Below are positions 36,901-47,094 of a DNA stretch of 64,000 bases, piece after piece. The DNA is from Dermatophilaceae bacterium (lineage in GTDB: Bacteria; Actinomycetota; Actinomycetes; Actinomycetales; Dermatophilaceae). The notes below the pieces were generated by a model. That model made no database searches, was not told the origin of the DNA, and saw nothing but the letters and a program-made list of their open reading frames with translations. Position 1 is the first letter of the stretch. Each line of letters opens with the position of its first letter. The position numbers were made by a program, and so were the translations under genes. The stretch lies in contig DASQEP010000075.1 of NCBI GenBank assembly GCA_035633615.1, forward strand, positions 1 through 64,000, in the 5' to 3' direction.

Positions 36901-37594
36901 CGGCCTTGGTGTAGTGCAGGTCGTTCGTCGCCACCAGCGGCAGGCGCAGGTCCTTGGCCAGGCGCAGCAGGTCCTTGTGGACCCGGCGTTCGATGTCCAG
37001 ACCGTGGTCCATCAGCTCGCAGTAGTAGTTGTCGGGCCCGAAGATGTCCCGCAGCTCGGCGGCGGCGGCACGGGCCTGCTCGTACTGGCCCAGCCGCAAC
37101 CGGGTCTGAACCTCGCCTGAGGGGCACCCGGTGGTCCCGATCAGGCCCCCCGAGTACTGCTCAAGCAGCTCACGATCCATCCGTGGCTTGAAGTAGTACC
37201 CCTCCAGGGAGGCCAGCGAGGCCAGCCGGAACAGGTTGAGCATGCCCCCGGTGGTCCGCGCCCACAACGTCAGGTGGGTGTAGGCGCCGGCGCCGGACAC
37301 GTCGTCTCGGCCGCCGTCGCCGAATGTGACCCGCGTCCTGGAACCGCGCGGGGTGCCCGGGGTGAGGTAGCCCTCCAGGCCGATGACCGGCTTGACGCCG
37401 TGCTTGGCGGCCTTTCGCCAGAACTCGTACGCCCCGAACAGGTAGCCGTGATCGGTGATGGCCAGAGCTGGCATGCCCATCTGCGCCGCCGCGGCGAGCA
37501 GGTCGTCGATCCGGGCTGCGCCGTCGAGCATCGAGTATTCGGTGTGACAGTGCAGGTGGGCGAAACGAGAGTCCGAACGGTTCGACGCGGCCAC
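33908..37594 (-). CDS. dnaE: DNA polymerase III alpha subunit
   Basis: PHP domain at N-terminus (FAHLHCHTEYSMLDGA); palm/fingers and OB domains. 1228 aa, with a Gly/Ser/Asn-rich insertion near the C-terminal OB region. Confidence 0.95.
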   Translation of the reverse strand: MAASNRSDSRFAHLHCHTEYSMLDGAARIDDLLAAAAQMGMPALAITDHGYLFGAYEFWRKAAKHGVKPVIGLEGYLTPGTPRGSRTRVTFGDGGRDDVSGAGAYTHLTLWARTTGGMLNLFRLASLASLEGYYFKPRMDRELLEQYSGGLIGTTGCPSGEVQTRLRLGQYEQARAAAAELRDIFGPDNYYCELMDHGLDIERRVHKDLLRLAKDLRLPLVATNDLHYTKAEDATAHAALLCVQSGSTLMDPGRFKFDADDFYLKSPQEMRHLWRELPQACDNTLAIAERCEVTFVEGEGRYMPRFPSPPGEDETSWFVKEVERGLQARFPAGVPDYARKQATFEQEVIVSKGYPGYFLVVADFINWAKSQGIRVGPGRGSGAGSMCAYAMRITDLDPVPHGLIFERFLNPERPSLPDFDVDFDERRRGEVIKYVTDRYGQDRVAQIVTYGTIKAKQALKDASRVMGYPFSMGERLTKAMPPDVMGKGITLSGVFDPTHKRYPEAAEFRALHEADSQAQQIVKTALGLEGLKRQWGVHAAGVIMSSEPLMDIIPVLRREQDGQIITQFDYPTCEALGLVKMDFLGLRNLTILDDAIDNVRANRGLEVDLDALSTDLTDAPTYQLLSRGDTLGVFQFDGGPMRALLRLMQPDNFEDISAVGALYRPGPMGANSHTNYALRKTGKQPISYPHPELAAALEPILGTTHGLIVYQEQVMEIAQKLAGYTLGKADLLRRAMGKKKREVLDAEYVGFEQGMRANGFSVEAIKTLWDILVPFSDYAFNKAHSAAYGLVSYWTAYLKANYPAEYMAALLTSVRDDKDKSALYLNECRRMGIQVLPPDVNASVARFAAVGEDIRFGLAAVRNVGTNVVEAVAAARTQKGAFTSFRDFLAKVPAVVCNKRTIESLIKAGAFDSLGHPRQGLVAVHEQYVDALVEVKRKEAVGQDSLFDAFGFGDAEDSSGPGGAGAGGPADLEGLPGVPDLEWDKAALLAYEREMLGLYVSDHPLLGIEHILAIHADTSIATLLVEDGPAGSVSVGSGGSGSNGATANGAGRHGASPNGHGGARGDGAMVTVAGLITGLQLKRTKKGDLWAIATVEDLDGAIECLFFPSTYTSVAPLLSQDVVCAVRGRVSRRDDQVSIYAQELTIPDLREGDRGPVVLSMAVSRATTGLAEQLKAVLREHPGATEVHLRLTQPGRSVLMRLDDGLRVNASPELFGDLKALLGPACLS

Positions 37595-37663
37595 CCCGGC
37601 ATTCTAAGGAGCCTGGCTCGGAGCCGTTGGGACGCCCGCAGTGTGTCACCGACCTTCCCACCC

Positions 37664-38590
37664 TCAGGGGGCGAGCCGCTCCAGTGCGCGGGCCAGGTCG
37701 TCGGGGTAGTCGCTGGTCAGCCGCAGCCGCTCACCGGTGCGGGGGTGCTCGAAACCGAGCCCGACCGCGTGCAACCACTGCCGTTCCAAGCCCAGCCGGC
37801 CGGCCAGCCGGGGGTCGGCCCCGTACAGCGGGTCACCCACGCACGGGTGCCGCACCGCCGCCAGGTGCACCCTGATCTGGTGGGTGCGACCGGTCTCCAG
37901 GGTCACCTCCAGCAGGGCGGCGCAGCCGTAGGCCTCCCGCAACTGGTAGTGGGTGCGCGCCGGCTTGCCGGTGCTGAGCACAGCGAACTTGAACTCCGCG
38001 CTGGGACGCCGCCCGATTGGCGCGTCGATGGTCCCGCTGAGCGGGTCCGGTAGGCCCTGGACCAGGGCGTGGTAGCTCTTGTCGACCTCTCGCTGCTTGA
38101 ACGCGCGCTTAAGCCGTCCATAGGCGTACTCGCTCTTAGCGACGACCATAAGCCCCGAGGTGCCGACGTCGAGCCGGCTGACGATGCCCTGCCGCTCGTG
38201 CGGCCCGGACGTGGCGATCCGGTAACCGGCCGCGGCCAAGCCGCCGACCACGGTCGGCCCCGACCATCCCACCCCGGGGTGGGCGGCCACCCAGGCCGGC
38301 TTGTTCACCACGACGAGGTCGTCGTCGTCGTGGACGATGCTCATGCCCGGGACCGGCTCAGCGACCACCTCGACGACGGCGGGCGGGCTGGCGTCGAAGG
38401 TCACCTCCAGGGTGGCCCCGGCCCGGACCCGGTCGGACTTGCCGGCCACCCGGTCGTCCAGGAGGGCGCCGCCGGCGGCGACGATGTGCGCGGCCCTGGT
38501 CCGGGACAGCCCGAACAGCCGGGCCAGCGCCGCGTCCAGACGCTGACCGTCCAGTCCCTCGGGGACCTCGACCAGGCGGGGCAGGCTCAT
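37664..38590 (-). CDS. rluD: RluA-family 23S rRNA pseudouridine synthase (RluD-like)
   Basis: S4 domain plus catalytic [18 protein letters not shown] overlaps the lspA stop (ATGA). The track ORF is over-extended. Confidence 0.88.
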   Translation of the reverse strand: MSLPRLVEVPEGLDGQRLDAALARLFGLSRTRAAHIVAAGGALLDDRVAGKSDRVRAGATLEVTFDASPPAVVEVVAEPVPGMSIVHDDDDLVVVNKPAWVAAHPGVGWSGPTVVGGLAAAGYRIATSGPHERQGIVSRLDVGTSGLMVVAKSEYAYGRLKRAFKQREVDKSYHALVQGLPDPLSGTIDAPIGRRPSAEFKFAVLSTGKPARTHYQLREAYGCAALLEVTLETGRTHQIRVHLAAVRHPCVGDPLYGADPRLAGRLGLERQWLHAVGLGFEHPRTGERLRLTSDYPDDLARALERLAP

Positions 38591-39171
38591 CGCACGGAGG
38601 GGCGGGCGCGGGCGGTGGTCCACGTCGTGCCCCGGGCGGTGAGCAGCGCAACGAGCACTGCGGAGGAGACGATGCTCGAGTCGGCGATGTTGAAGATCGG
38701 CCAGTACGGAAGCTGCAGGAAATCGACGACGTGACCCACGCCGAAGCCCGGGGGCCTGGTCAGCCGGTCGGTGAGGTTGCCCAGGACCCCGCCGAGCAAC
38801 AGACCGAGGGTGGCCGCCCACGCCGTGGACACCACCCGGCGGGCCACGACGAGCACGGCCACCGCGACGACGGTCTGCAGCACCGTGAACGCTGGCGTCA
38901 GGCCGGTGCCCAGGGAGAAGGCCGCACCGGGGTTGAAGATGAGATGCAGCCTCAGCAGGTTCCCGACGAACGGCTCCGGCACGCCCGGTTCGAGGTTGGC
39001 CAGCGCCCACCCCTTGGTCCAGCGGTCCGCGGCATAGATGACTGCGGCCAAGCAGACGAGCAGGACGATGGCCCGCGCGTTGCCGGCTGCCGACCCGGCA
39101 CGGTCGCTGTGGTCGGGCTGCTCCGGGAAGGAGCTCAGCGCCGCTCCTGCTTTTGCTTGCAGCTGACGCAC
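38587..39171 (-). CDS. lspA: Lipoprotein signal peptidase II
   Basis: Four TM helices and conserved NxGAAFS / FNIAD motifs. Start uncertain: no ATG; likely GTG at ~39171, or later. The 5' end overlaps the upstream dksA-like gene. Confidence 0.8.
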   Translation of the reverse strand: MRQLQAKAGAALSSFPEQPDHSDRAGSAAGNARAIVLLVCLAAVIYAADRWTKGWALANLEPGVPEPFVGNLLRLHLIFNPGAAFSLGTGLTPAFTVLQTVVAVAVLVVARRVVSTAWAATLGLLLGGVLGNLTDRLTRPPGFGVGHVVDFLQLPYWPIFNIADSSIVSSAVLVALLTARGTTWTTARARPSVR

Positions 39172-39602
39172 AGGGTGGCCCGGGGAAAAGCCTGCAGACG
39201 CATCTTGCCGATCGGCTGCTCGCACGACTCGCACAGCCCGTAGGTGTGGTCGGACAACCGACCGAGGGCTCGTTCCGTCTGCGCCAGCAGGGTGCGGGAG
39301 TTGTTGGTCAGCGTCAGTTCCTGTTCCCGCTCCAGCACCTTGCCTCCGGTGTCGGCCGAGTCGTCGCCGGACCCGCCGCCGTAGTCGCGCATGAGATCGG
39401 CCAGCTCCTCCTCGGAGGCCTCGAGTTCCTCGCGCAACCGGGCCACCTCCTGCTGGAGCTCGTCTCGAAGATCGGCAGCTTCCTCGAGGCTCCACGCCTC
39501 CTCACCCAGGCGGATGGGAAGTGTTCCAGCCTCGGGTGCCTCCGGCCGGCCCTCCTGGTGGGCGGTGGGTGGAACCGAGTTCCTCGGGCTGGCCATGATC
39601 AC
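39135..39602 (-). CDS. DksA/TraR-family C4 zinc-finger transcription factor
   Basis: Coiled-coil region plus CESCEQPI…CVSCK zinc finger; 155 aa. Confidence 0.8.
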   Translation of the reverse strand: MIMASPRNSVPPTAHQEGRPEAPEAGTLPIRLGEEAWSLEEAADLRDELQQEVARLREELEASEEELADLMRDYGGGSGDDSADTGGKVLEREQELTLTNNSRTLLAQTERALGRLSDHTYGLCESCEQPIGKMRLQAFPRATLCVSCKQKQERR

Positions 39603-39740
39603 CTTCGTCCGATTGCCGTCCAGGACCGGGTGGCCCAGTGCAGGAAAGGATAGACCCCCGCACGGAACGGCAGCGTCAACGCCCAGTGCGGGTTGCGGCG
39701 ATCGCCTCGCGGGCCGGTCGGTCAGCCCATCGGCGTCGGA

Positions 39741-40820
39741 TCAGCCGACCTCTTGCGGTTCCGGCTGATCCGCCGGCCCGTGCTGGTTGTCCTGGGCCTG
39801 CTGGTCGGCATTGCCGGGCTGTTGCGCTGCGCTGCGCTCGTCCCCCGGTGCGTGCTCCAAATGCTGCAGCTGTGCCTCGATGTAGGCGCGTAGCCGGCTG
39901 CGGTAGTCGGCCTCGAAGGACTTCAGCTGGTCGATCCGCTCGCTGAGGGTGGACTGGTCCCGTTGCAGCTCGTCCAGGACGGTCTGACGCTTCTGTTGGG
40001 CCTCCGCGAGCATGCCGGTCGAACGCTCCCGAGCCTCCGTGATCATCCGTTCGTGGGTGCCCCGGGCCTCGGCGATCAGCCGGTCGTGCTGCTCCTGTGC
40101 GGTGGAGACCAGCTCCTTGTGTCGCTGCTCCCCGGAGTCGAGCAACTCGTCGTGGCGTGCCTGTGCCTCCCCGAGTAACTGGTCGCGGTGGTGGGTAGCC
40201 TCCCCCACCAGCCGATCCCGCTGCTCAGTGGCCTCCCGGATCAGCCGTTCTCGCTGCTCGTTCGCCTCCGCCACCAACTGGTCGTGCTCCTGGCGGCCCT
40301 GCGAGACGTACTCGTCGTGCAGCCGCTGGGCAAGCGCGATGACAGCCGCGGCGTCGGTGGCTCCGGGTGCGTCTGAACCACCGGTCGCGGACGCTTCAAC
40401 GCTGGCACCCGCCTCGGCGAACGCGGCGCGGTTGCCGGCCTCCGCCTCGGCCCGCTCGGCCTCCTGCTGGGCGGCGGCGATGCGTTCCTGGGCCCGCTGT
40501 TCGGCAGCCTCTGCGTCGGCCTGGGCCTTGGCGATCCGCTCAGCGGCGGCCTGATCGGCCTGGTCGGCATCGGCGCGCGCCTTGGCCGCCCGGAAGTCCA
40601 GCTCCTCCGGGCTCGCAGCGCCACCTGCCAGAGCCATCGGAACGGCGGCGTCCACACCCGCCTCGACGGCCCGGCGCAGGTCAACGTTCTCCGCGATCAA
40701 CCGGCGCAGCTCGACGACGACCTCGTCGAGGAAGTCGTCCACTTCCTGCTCGTCATAGCCACGCCGAAACTGCGTCGCGGTGAAGTGCTTGTTGAGGACG
40801 TCTTCGGGCGTGAGCGCCAT
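39741..40820 (-). CDS. divIVA: DivIVA-domain cell-division/polar growth protein (Wag31-like)
   Basis: N-terminal MALTPEDVLNKHFTATQFRRGYDEQEVDDFLDEVV.. DivIVA domain, followed by a long coiled coil that includes eight tandem 11-residue repeats. Confidence 0.92.
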   Translation of the reverse strand: MALTPEDVLNKHFTATQFRRGYDEQEVDDFLDEVVVELRRLIAENVDLRRAVEAGVDAAVPMALAGGAASPEELDFRAAKARADADQADQAAAERIAKAQADAEAAEQRAQERIAAAQQEAERAEAEAGNRAAFAEAGASVEASATGGSDAPGATDAAAVIALAQRLHDEYVSQGRQEHDQLVAEANEQRERLIREATEQRDRLVGEATHHRDQLLGEAQARHDELLDSGEQRHKELVSTAQEQHDRLIAEARGTHERMITEARERSTGMLAEAQQKRQTVLDELQRDQSTLSERIDQLKSFEADYRSRLRAYIEAQLQHLEHAPGDERSAAQQPGNADQQAQDNQHGPADQPEPQEVG

Positions 40821-40989
40821 AGGTGCCCCTTGGTTGTGCTGACATGACGGAACGTAGCGTACTCCGAGCCTACCCGGACCTTGGCGGAGCAGGCTGCAGA
40901 CACGTCCGCGCCGGTGAGAGCGTTGAATTGGCCCGGAAAGGGCCCTCGCCCGCCGATCGGCCGATGCCGGCGAGGTGTGCTTACGTCCG

Positions 40990-41268
40990 TCAGGCGAGGA
41001 CCCGTAGCAACAGGGAGACGCCGAACAACAGCACGAGGAAGGAAAGGTCCAGGGCGATCGAGCCGAGACGCAACGGCGGGATGACCCGCCGCAGGGCCTT
41101 CAACGGCGGGTCCGTGACGGTGTAGACCCCCTCCAGCAGCACCAGTACCGGGCCTTTGGGACGCCATTGGCGGGCGAACATCTGAATCCAGTCGATCACC
41201 AGACGCGCCATCAGCGCGATGAAGTAGACATAAACGATGATGTACAGCACGTTCAGGATCGCGCGCAT
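40990..41268 (-). CDS. yggT: YggT-family membrane protein
   Basis: 92 aa with two TM helices, in the YlmG/YggT position downstream of sepF. Confidence 0.85.
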   Translation of the reverse strand: MRAILNVLYIIVYVYFIALMARLVIDWIQMFARQWRPKGPVLVLLEGVYTVTDPPLKALRRVIPPLRLGSIALDLSFLVLLFGVSLLLRVLA

Positions 41269-41321
41269 GGGTTGACCGTTTTCCTCAGAGTCTCGGTCCG
41301 GGCGTTCTTGGGTCGCCCGGG

Positions 41322-41831
41322 TCAGCTCTGATTAAACAACCCCTTGGTCCCCTTGGCCGGCTCGCCCTCCTCGGAGGTCACCTCGACGTGAGCCGGGGAC
41401 AGGAGGAAGACCTTGCTGGTGACTCGTTCGATGGTGCCCTTCAGCCCGAAGACGAGGCCGGCGGCGAAGTCGACCAGGCGCTTGGCGTCGGCGTCGTCCA
41501 GGTCGGTGAGGTTCATGATGACCGGCGTGCCGACCCGGAAGTTCTCACCGATCGTCTTGGCCTCGTTGTAGGTGCGCGGGTGGATCGTGGTGATCCGGTG
41601 CAATGCTCCTACCTCCACCTCATGGACGGCCTGCGAGACGGGCACCCGGCGGGGCAGGTTTCGCACCTCGGCCCCGCGGCCCTCGTCCTCCTCGACGGCC
41701 ACCGAGGCTCCGCCACCGGGGCGCCGCGGCCCGTGCGAGTCCTGCCCCGCCTCGTCGTCGTAGCCCTCGTAGCGCTCGTCCTCCTCGGCCAGCCCGAGGT
41801 ACACCATGGCCTTGCGCATCGCTCCAGCCAT
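41322..41831 (-). CDS. sepF: Cell division protein SepF
   Basis: C-terminal conserved SepF domain (…[50 protein letters not shown]…). Confidence 0.92.
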   Translation of the reverse strand: MAGAMRKAMVYLGLAEEDERYEGYDDEAGQDSHGPRRPGGGASVAVEEDEGRGAEVRNLPRRVPVSQAVHEVEVGALHRITTIHPRTYNEAKTIGENFRVGTPVIMNLTDLDDADAKRLVDFAAGLVFGLKGTIERVTSKVFLLSPAHVEVTSEEGEPAKGTKGLFNQS

Positions 41832-41890
41832 CTTGCGCTCCTTGTCGATCAGAGGTCCCGGTCAGTCTCGCGAGCCATTGCCCACGAACG

Positions 41891-42631
41891 CTACCCAAGC
41901 GGCGGGCGGGAACCCAGGATTGCGGTGCCGACACGCAGGTGTGTCGACCCGTGCGCCACGGCCGCCTCCAGGTCCCCGCTCATCCCGGCGGACAGCCAGG
42001 TCGCGTCCGGATGATCGGCTCGCACGACTGCGTGCAGGTGGGCCAGCCGCTCGAAGGCCTCACCGGCGTCCCGGCCCAGCGGAGCCACGGCCATCAGTCC
42101 GCGCAACCGCAGGGTCGGCTGGGTTCGGACTCGGTCGGCCAGCTCGGGCAGCAGCTCAGGGTTGACCCCGCCGCGTCCGGCCTGCTCGGGGTCGAGGTTG
42201 ACCTGCAGCAGTACGTCGATCCTGCGGCCTCGCTTGGTGGCCGCGGCGGCCAGCGGGTCGACCAGGCGGGACCGGTCCACCGAGTGGACGACGTCTGCGT
42301 AGCCGGCCACCGAGGACGCCTTGTTGGTCTGCAACTGCCCGACGAAGTGCACGATGAGTCCTTGGCGGACGGTGGGATCGACGTCGGCCAGATCGGCCAG
42401 CTTGGAGCGGGCCTCCTGGTCGCGGTTCTCGGCCACATGCTGGACGCCGAGTCCCGCCAGGCGCACTATGTCGGAGGCCGGGAAGTGCTTGGTGACCACC
42501 ACCAGGGTGACCTCGTCGCTGGAACGCCCCGCCGCCCGGCAGGCCCGGTCGATGCGCTCACGTACCTCGGCCAGGCGTCGGCGCAGGTCGGCGGTGCGCT
42601 CCGGGTCGGCCTCGCCGGCCGGAAGGCTCAT
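41891..42631 (-). CDS. yggS: YggS-family pyridoxal-phosphate homeostasis protein
   Basis: …LVVVTKHFPASDIVRLAGLGVQHVAENRDQEA… ATG overlaps the pgeF stop (ATGA). The 275-aa track ORF is over-extended. Confidence 0.9.
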   Translation of the reverse strand: MSLPAGEADPERTADLRRRLAEVRERIDRACRAAGRSSDEVTLVVVTKHFPASDIVRLAGLGVQHVAENRDQEARSKLADLADVDPTVRQGLIVHFVGQLQTNKASSVAGYADVVHSVDRSRLVDPLAAAATKRGRRIDVLLQVNLDPEQAGRGGVNPELLPELADRVRTQPTLRLRGLMAVAPLGRDAGEAFERLAHLHAVVRADHPDATWLSAGMSGDLEAAVAHGSTHLRVGTAILGSRPPLG

Positions 42632-43407
42632 CGCTGCCACAGCCGGACGACGCCGGCGGTCCGACCGGTCCGGGCTCGGCGCCGATAGGAGTACAGCCGT
42701 GGCGACTCGCGAGTGCACCCGGGCACCCAGGTGAGGCTGACTCCTGCGGCACTGAGTTGTTCGGCGAGCCCGGCGGCCACATCGATGGCGGGGTTACCCG
42801 ACCAGGACACCGTCGCACTGACCGGGCTGACCACGGCCGCCTCGGCACGCATCCCCTCCGGCACCTCATAGCACCGCCCACACACGGCCGGGCCGATGGC
42901 GGCCCTGATCGAGCGGGCACCCAGGTCCCGCATGGCCTCCAACGCCGCCGGGAGCACTCCCCGCAGCAGCCCCGCCCGGCCGGCATGCACTGCCCCGACC
43001 ACGCCGGCCGCGGTGTCGGCCAGCAGTATCGGGGTGCAGTCGGCGACCAATACCGCCAGGGCCAGTTCGGGGTGTGTGGTCAGCACGGCGTCCGCTACGG
43101 GTGGCTTGCCGGGCCAGGGGCCGTCGGCCACGACGACGTCCCGGCCATGCACCTGGGTGAGGAACAGCAGGTTCGAACGGGCGACGCCCATCTCGCTGGC
43201 CAGGGTCAGACGATTGGCGTCGACCGCCGCCGGGTTGTCGCCGACGTGGTCGGCCAGATTGAGGCCCAGGAAGTCCCCACGGCTGACCCCGTCGGGGGTC
43301 AGCGCCCCGGTGAACCCCCAGTCCAGCGCAATCTGGCTCGCCGACGCGGGTCGGGAATCGGGATGATCTACGGGCCCATCGCTCAGCTGCTGGCGCCAGA
43401 CGAACAC
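42628..43407 (-). CDS. pgeF: Laccase-domain protein PgeF/YfiH (DUF152, Cu-oxidase_4)
   Basis: …LTQVHGRDVV… and …LVADCTPILL… motifs. Confidence 0.88.
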   Translation of the reverse strand: MFVWRQQLSDGPVDHPDSRPASASQIALDWGFTGALTPDGVSRGDFLGLNLADHVGDNPAAVDANRLTLASEMGVARSNLLFLTQVHGRDVVVADGPWPGKPPVADAVLTTHPELALAVLVADCTPILLADTAAGVVGAVHAGRAGLLRGVLPAALEAMRDLGARSIRAAIGPAVCGRCYEVPEGMRAEAAVVSPVSATVSWSGNPAIDVAAGLAEQLSAAGVSLTWVPGCTRESPRLYSYRRRARTGRTAGVVRLWQR

Positions 43408-43513
43408 CCTGCCAGACTATGGCAGCGGCGGGCAGCAGCCCATAACCCGGCCGTGGCCGACTTCCGCCGGTACCGACCTGCTGCGTTCGGTCGGCCGCGG
43501 CCGCCCCGATCCC

Positions 43514-44767
43514 CTACTTGAGGAAGTCGGGCACGTCCAGGTCGTCGCCGTCGTCGAAGGTCACGGTGGGCGGCGGCCGGACCGGCTCGGGGGCGTAGTG
43601 GCCCGGTACCGAGACGGCCGGCTCCGCGTCCGCCGAGGCCGGGGCAGAACTCGCGGCAGCCGGCGGGGCGGCCGGTTCGGGGGATGACAACGGCACCGCG
43701 GCCGGGCCCGGGGCAGGCGCAGCCATCGGGACCGGCGACGGGGTGAACTGCGGGCCCGGTCGCTGTGGCGCCGTCGCCAGGTGCCCCAGGGTGCGTTGCT
43801 CCTCGGGGCGACGGGTGGGACCACCACTGTCGAAGCCGGCAGCGATGACGGTCACCCGGACTTCGTCGCCCAGGGCGTCATCGATGACGGCACCGAAGAT
43901 GATGTTCGCCTCGGGGTGGGCAGCCTCCTGGACCAGCCGGGCGGCCTCGTTGATCTCGAACAGACCGAGGTCGGAACCGCCCTGGATGGACAGCAGCACC
44001 CCGTGCGCCCCGTCGATACTGGCCTCCAGCAGCGGAGAGGAGATCGCCAGCTCGGCCGCCTGCACCGCACGGTCCTCGCCGCGCGACGAGCCGATGCCCA
44101 TCAGCGCCGAACCGGCACCCTGCATGACCGACTTGACGTCGGCGAAGTCCAGGTTGATCAGGCCTGGGGTGGTGATCAAGTCGGTGATCCCCTGAACGCC
44201 GGACAGCAGCACCTGGTCGGCGCTGCGGAAGGCGTCCAGCATGCTTACCGACCGGTCGCTGATCGACAGCAGCCGGTCGTTGGGGATGACGATCAGGGTG
44301 TCGACCTCTTCGCGCAGACCGCCGATGCCGGACTCGGCCTGGTTGGCCCGGCGGCGCCCCTCGAACGTGAACGGGCGGGTGACCACCCCGATGGTCAGCG
44401 CGCCGATGGACTTGGCGATCCGGGCCACCACGGGAGCTCCGCCAGTGCCGGTCCCACCGCCCTCCCCGGCGGTGACGAACACCATGTCGGCGCCTTTGAG
44501 GGCCTCCTCGATCTCCTCGGCGTGGTCCTCGGCCGCCTTCTTGCCGACCTCCGGGTCGGCGCCGGCGCCGAGGCCGCGAGTCAGCTCCCGGCCGACGTCG
44601 AGCTTGAGGTCTGCATCGCTCATCAACAGTGCCTGCGCGTCAGTGTTGATGGCGATGAACTCGACACCCTTGAGGCCGACGTCGATCATCCGGTTGATCG
44701 CGTTGACCCCCCCGCCGCCGATGCCGACGACCTTGATGACGGCCAAGTAGTTCTGGGGTGCTGCCAC
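43514..44767 (-). CDS. ftsZ: Cell division GTPase FtsZ
   Basis: GGGTGTG tubulin signature; near-identity to mycobacterial FtsZ through the core. Start assigned to the GTG at [10 protein letters not shown].. preceded by AGGAAGAGGG Shine-Dalgarno. The track ORF's upstream GTG at 44830 is the alternative. Confidence 0.95.
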   Translation of the reverse strand: MAAPQNYLAVIKVVGIGGGGVNAINRMIDVGLKGVEFIAINTDAQALLMSDADLKLDVGRELTRGLGAGADPEVGKKAAEDHAEEIEEALKGADMVFVTAGEGGGTGTGGAPVVARIAKSIGALTIGVVTRPFTFEGRRRANQAESGIGGLREEVDTLIVIPNDRLLSISDRSVSMLDAFRSADQVLLSGVQGITDLITTPGLINLDFADVKSVMQGAGSALMGIGSSRGEDRAVQAAELAISSPLLEASIDGAHGVLLSIQGGSDLGLFEINEAARLVQEAAHPEANIIFGAVIDDALGDEVRVTVIAAGFDSGGPTRRPEEQRTLGHLATAPQRPGPQFTPSPVPMAAPAPGPAAVPLSSPEPAAPPAAASSAPASADAEPAVSVPGHYAPEPVRPPPTVTFDDGDDLDVPDFLK

Positions 44768-44941
44768 GTCAGCCCTCTTCCTGATTGCCTTCGCTGACCA
44801 CGCCGGGATCGGGCGGTGACGGGAGCGCACAGCGCCCGGCTCGACAACATCCTACGGGACCTTGGAGGTTCGACGAACCACCTAGAGCCACAAAAACATT
44901 GCCTCACCGTTTAGTTGAGGAACAGGCCCTTGCCTTGCCGC

Positions 44942-45643
44942 TCAGTCACTCGTGGCCGGGTTCTCCGGAGCGCTGACGTCGATTGCTCGGTACGTGCCCT
45001 GAGCCATCACGTGTGTCATCACTCGGGCCTTGAGGGCGGTGTTCGAACCGTCTCCCCACACCACTCTCGTGCCCTTGAAGCCGAGCACCACACGGTTGGG
45101 GCCGGCCACTGACACCTCGCGGACATCTGCCCGCTGAGCTGGGGAGAGGGCACCCACGGCAGTCGCCGCGGTGGCTAGTGCCGCTTGGACACCGTCGGCT
45201 GACCCGTCGCCCAGGCCGGTCAACGTCACCAGCGGTGCCCCGGTCGGGGCTCGGTTGACGATGGCGAACATCCGCCCCTGCTTATCGACGACCTGCAGTT
45301 GGCCCTCACCGTCACGGATCGTCACCACTGGCTGGCGTGGCTGCACCTCGATGGCGATCGTGCGGGGCCAGCGGCGGGTGACGCTCACCTCGGCGTAACC
45401 CCCGAGCCCGCGAACCTGTGACTCCAACCCCGCGACGTCGACCTTCACCAGAGGCTTACCCAAGCTGGGCCCCGCGAGTCGGCGCACCTGCTCCCGCGCT
45501 CCACCCGACGTCCCGCGAACCTCGACGTCGCGGGCGACGAGGACAGGACTGAGGAAAAGCAGCCAGCCGAGCATCGCCAGGACCACGAGGGCGCCGGCCA
45601 CCCCCAGGTAGGTGGCCCGGGAGCGCGGGCGGTTGCGGATCAC
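44942..45643 (-). CDS. ftsQ: Cell division protein FtsQ (POTRA)
   Basis: N-terminal TM segment plus POTRA domain. GTG start overlaps the murC stop (GTGA). Confidence 0.88.
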   Translation of the reverse strand: MIRNRPRSRATYLGVAGALVVLAMLGWLLFLSPVLVARDVEVRGTSGGAREQVRRLAGPSLGKPLVKVDVAGLESQVRGLGGYAEVSVTRRWPRTIAIEVQPRQPVVTIRDGEGQLQVVDKQGRMFAIVNRAPTGAPLVTLTGLGDGSADGVQAALATAATAVGALSPAQRADVREVSVAGPNRVVLGFKGTRVVWGDGSNTALKARVMTHVMAQGTYRAIDVSAPENPATSD

Positions 45644-47094
45644 GCTCGCACCTCCTTCGGTCCGGTAAGCAGGCGGAGCAGCTGCGGACCCACGCTCGTG
45701 ACGTCACCGGCCCCGATGGTGAGGACCAGGTCACCTGGGCACGCAAGGCCGGCCACCACGGCGGCCGCGTCGGGCAGTCGGGGTACGTAAAGCACCCCAG
45801 GGTGACCCCGTTCGCCTAGCGCGCGTACGACCAGCTCGCCGGACACCCCGGCGATCGGGTCCTCCCGCGCGGGGTAGACGTCCAAGACGACAACGACGTC
45901 GGCGGCGGCCAAGCCCTCGGCGAACTGCTCCGCGAAGTCCCGGGTCCGGGAGAAAAGATGCGGCTGAAACACGGCCACCAGCCGGCCGGGACGGGCCAAC
46001 CGCGCCCCCGTCTGCACCACCGCGGCCACCTTCGCGGGATTGTGGGCGTAGTCGTCGACCACCCGGACCCCGCCGACCTCGCCCTTGGCCTCGAAGCGGC
46101 GGCGCACCCCCCGATAGTCCGCAAGGCCCGCGAGCACCGCGCCGGGGTCGGCGCCGAACCCCTCCGTGGCGGCCAGGAACGCCGCGGCGCCGTTGCGCAG
46201 GTTGTACTCCCCCGGCGCCTCGACCCGCAGCGACACCGGCCCCCCGGCCCCCCGATCGAGCACGCACCCGCTGGTCAACCCCCGCAACTCGATGTCGCGC
46301 AAACGGGCCTGGGACGCCGTCGAGGTCCCGTAGCCGATTACGGCACCGCCCCGGCGGCGCTGCGCGTCGGCGAGTCTCGCGGCACCGGGGTCGTCGATGC
46401 AGCAGATCAGCAACCCACCGGGGCGGATCGTGGCCGCGAACCGGTCATAGGCCTGCTCGACCTGCTCAAAGGTCCCGTAGAAGTCGAGGTGGTCCGGTTG
46501 CACATTGGTGACCACCGCGACCTGTGGCCGGTAGACCAGAAAGGACCCGTCGCTCTCGTCGGCCTCGACGACGAAGCCAGGACCGGACCCGAGGGCGGCG
46601 TTCGCGCCCAGATCCACCAGGTCCCCCCCGATCGCGAAGGACGGGTCGGCCCCGGCCCGGCGCAGGGCCGTGGTCAGCATCGATGTCGTGGTGGTCTTGC
46701 CGTTGGCGCCGGCGACCGCCGCCACCCGGCGCCCGGTCATCAGCACCGCGAGGGCCTGGGCGCGGTGCAGCACGCGCAACCCGGTGGCCCGCGCGGTCCG
46801 CAGTTCCACGTTGTCCTCCCGGATCGCCGAGGACACCACGACGGTGTCCGCGCCGTCCAGGTGGGCCGGATCGTGCCCGAGGTGCACCTTCGCACCGTGC
46901 GCCGCCAGGTCGGCCAGCGTCGCCGAGTCCGCTGTGTCCGATCCGCTGACCGGCACTCCGGCCGCCAGCAGCAGCCGAGCCACCGCGGACATCCCAGATC
47001 CGCCGATAGCCAGCAGATGCACCCGGCCGAGTTCGCTCGGGGTGGGTAGGGGGGCGCCCGGGTCGAAGGGGGGCTGCCCCGGGGCCCGGGTCAT
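45640..47094 (-). CDS. murC: UDP-N-acetylmuramate--L-alanine ligase
   Basis: Mur ligase with GKTTTTSM P-loop; 484 aa. Confidence 0.93.
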   Translation of the reverse strand: MTRAPGQPPFDPGAPLPTPSELGRVHLLAIGGSGMSAVARLLLAAGVPVSGSDTADSATLADLAAHGAKVHLGHDPAHLDGADTVVVSSAIREDNVELRTARATGLRVLHRAQALAVLMTGRRVAAVAGANGKTTTTSMLTTALRRAGADPSFAIGGDLVDLGANAALGSGPGFVVEADESDGSFLVYRPQVAVVTNVQPDHLDFYGTFEQVEQAYDRFAATIRPGGLLICCIDDPGAARLADAQRRRGGAVIGYGTSTASQARLRDIELRGLTSGCVLDRGAGGPVSLRVEAPGEYNLRNGAAAFLAATEGFGADPGAVLAGLADYRGVRRRFEAKGEVGGVRVVDDYAHNPAKVAAVVQTGARLARPGRLVAVFQPHLFSRTRDFAEQFAEGLAAADVVVVLDVYPAREDPIAGVSGELVVRALGERGHPGVLYVPRLPDAAAVVAGLACPGDLVLTIGAGDVTSVGPQLLRLLTGPKEVRA

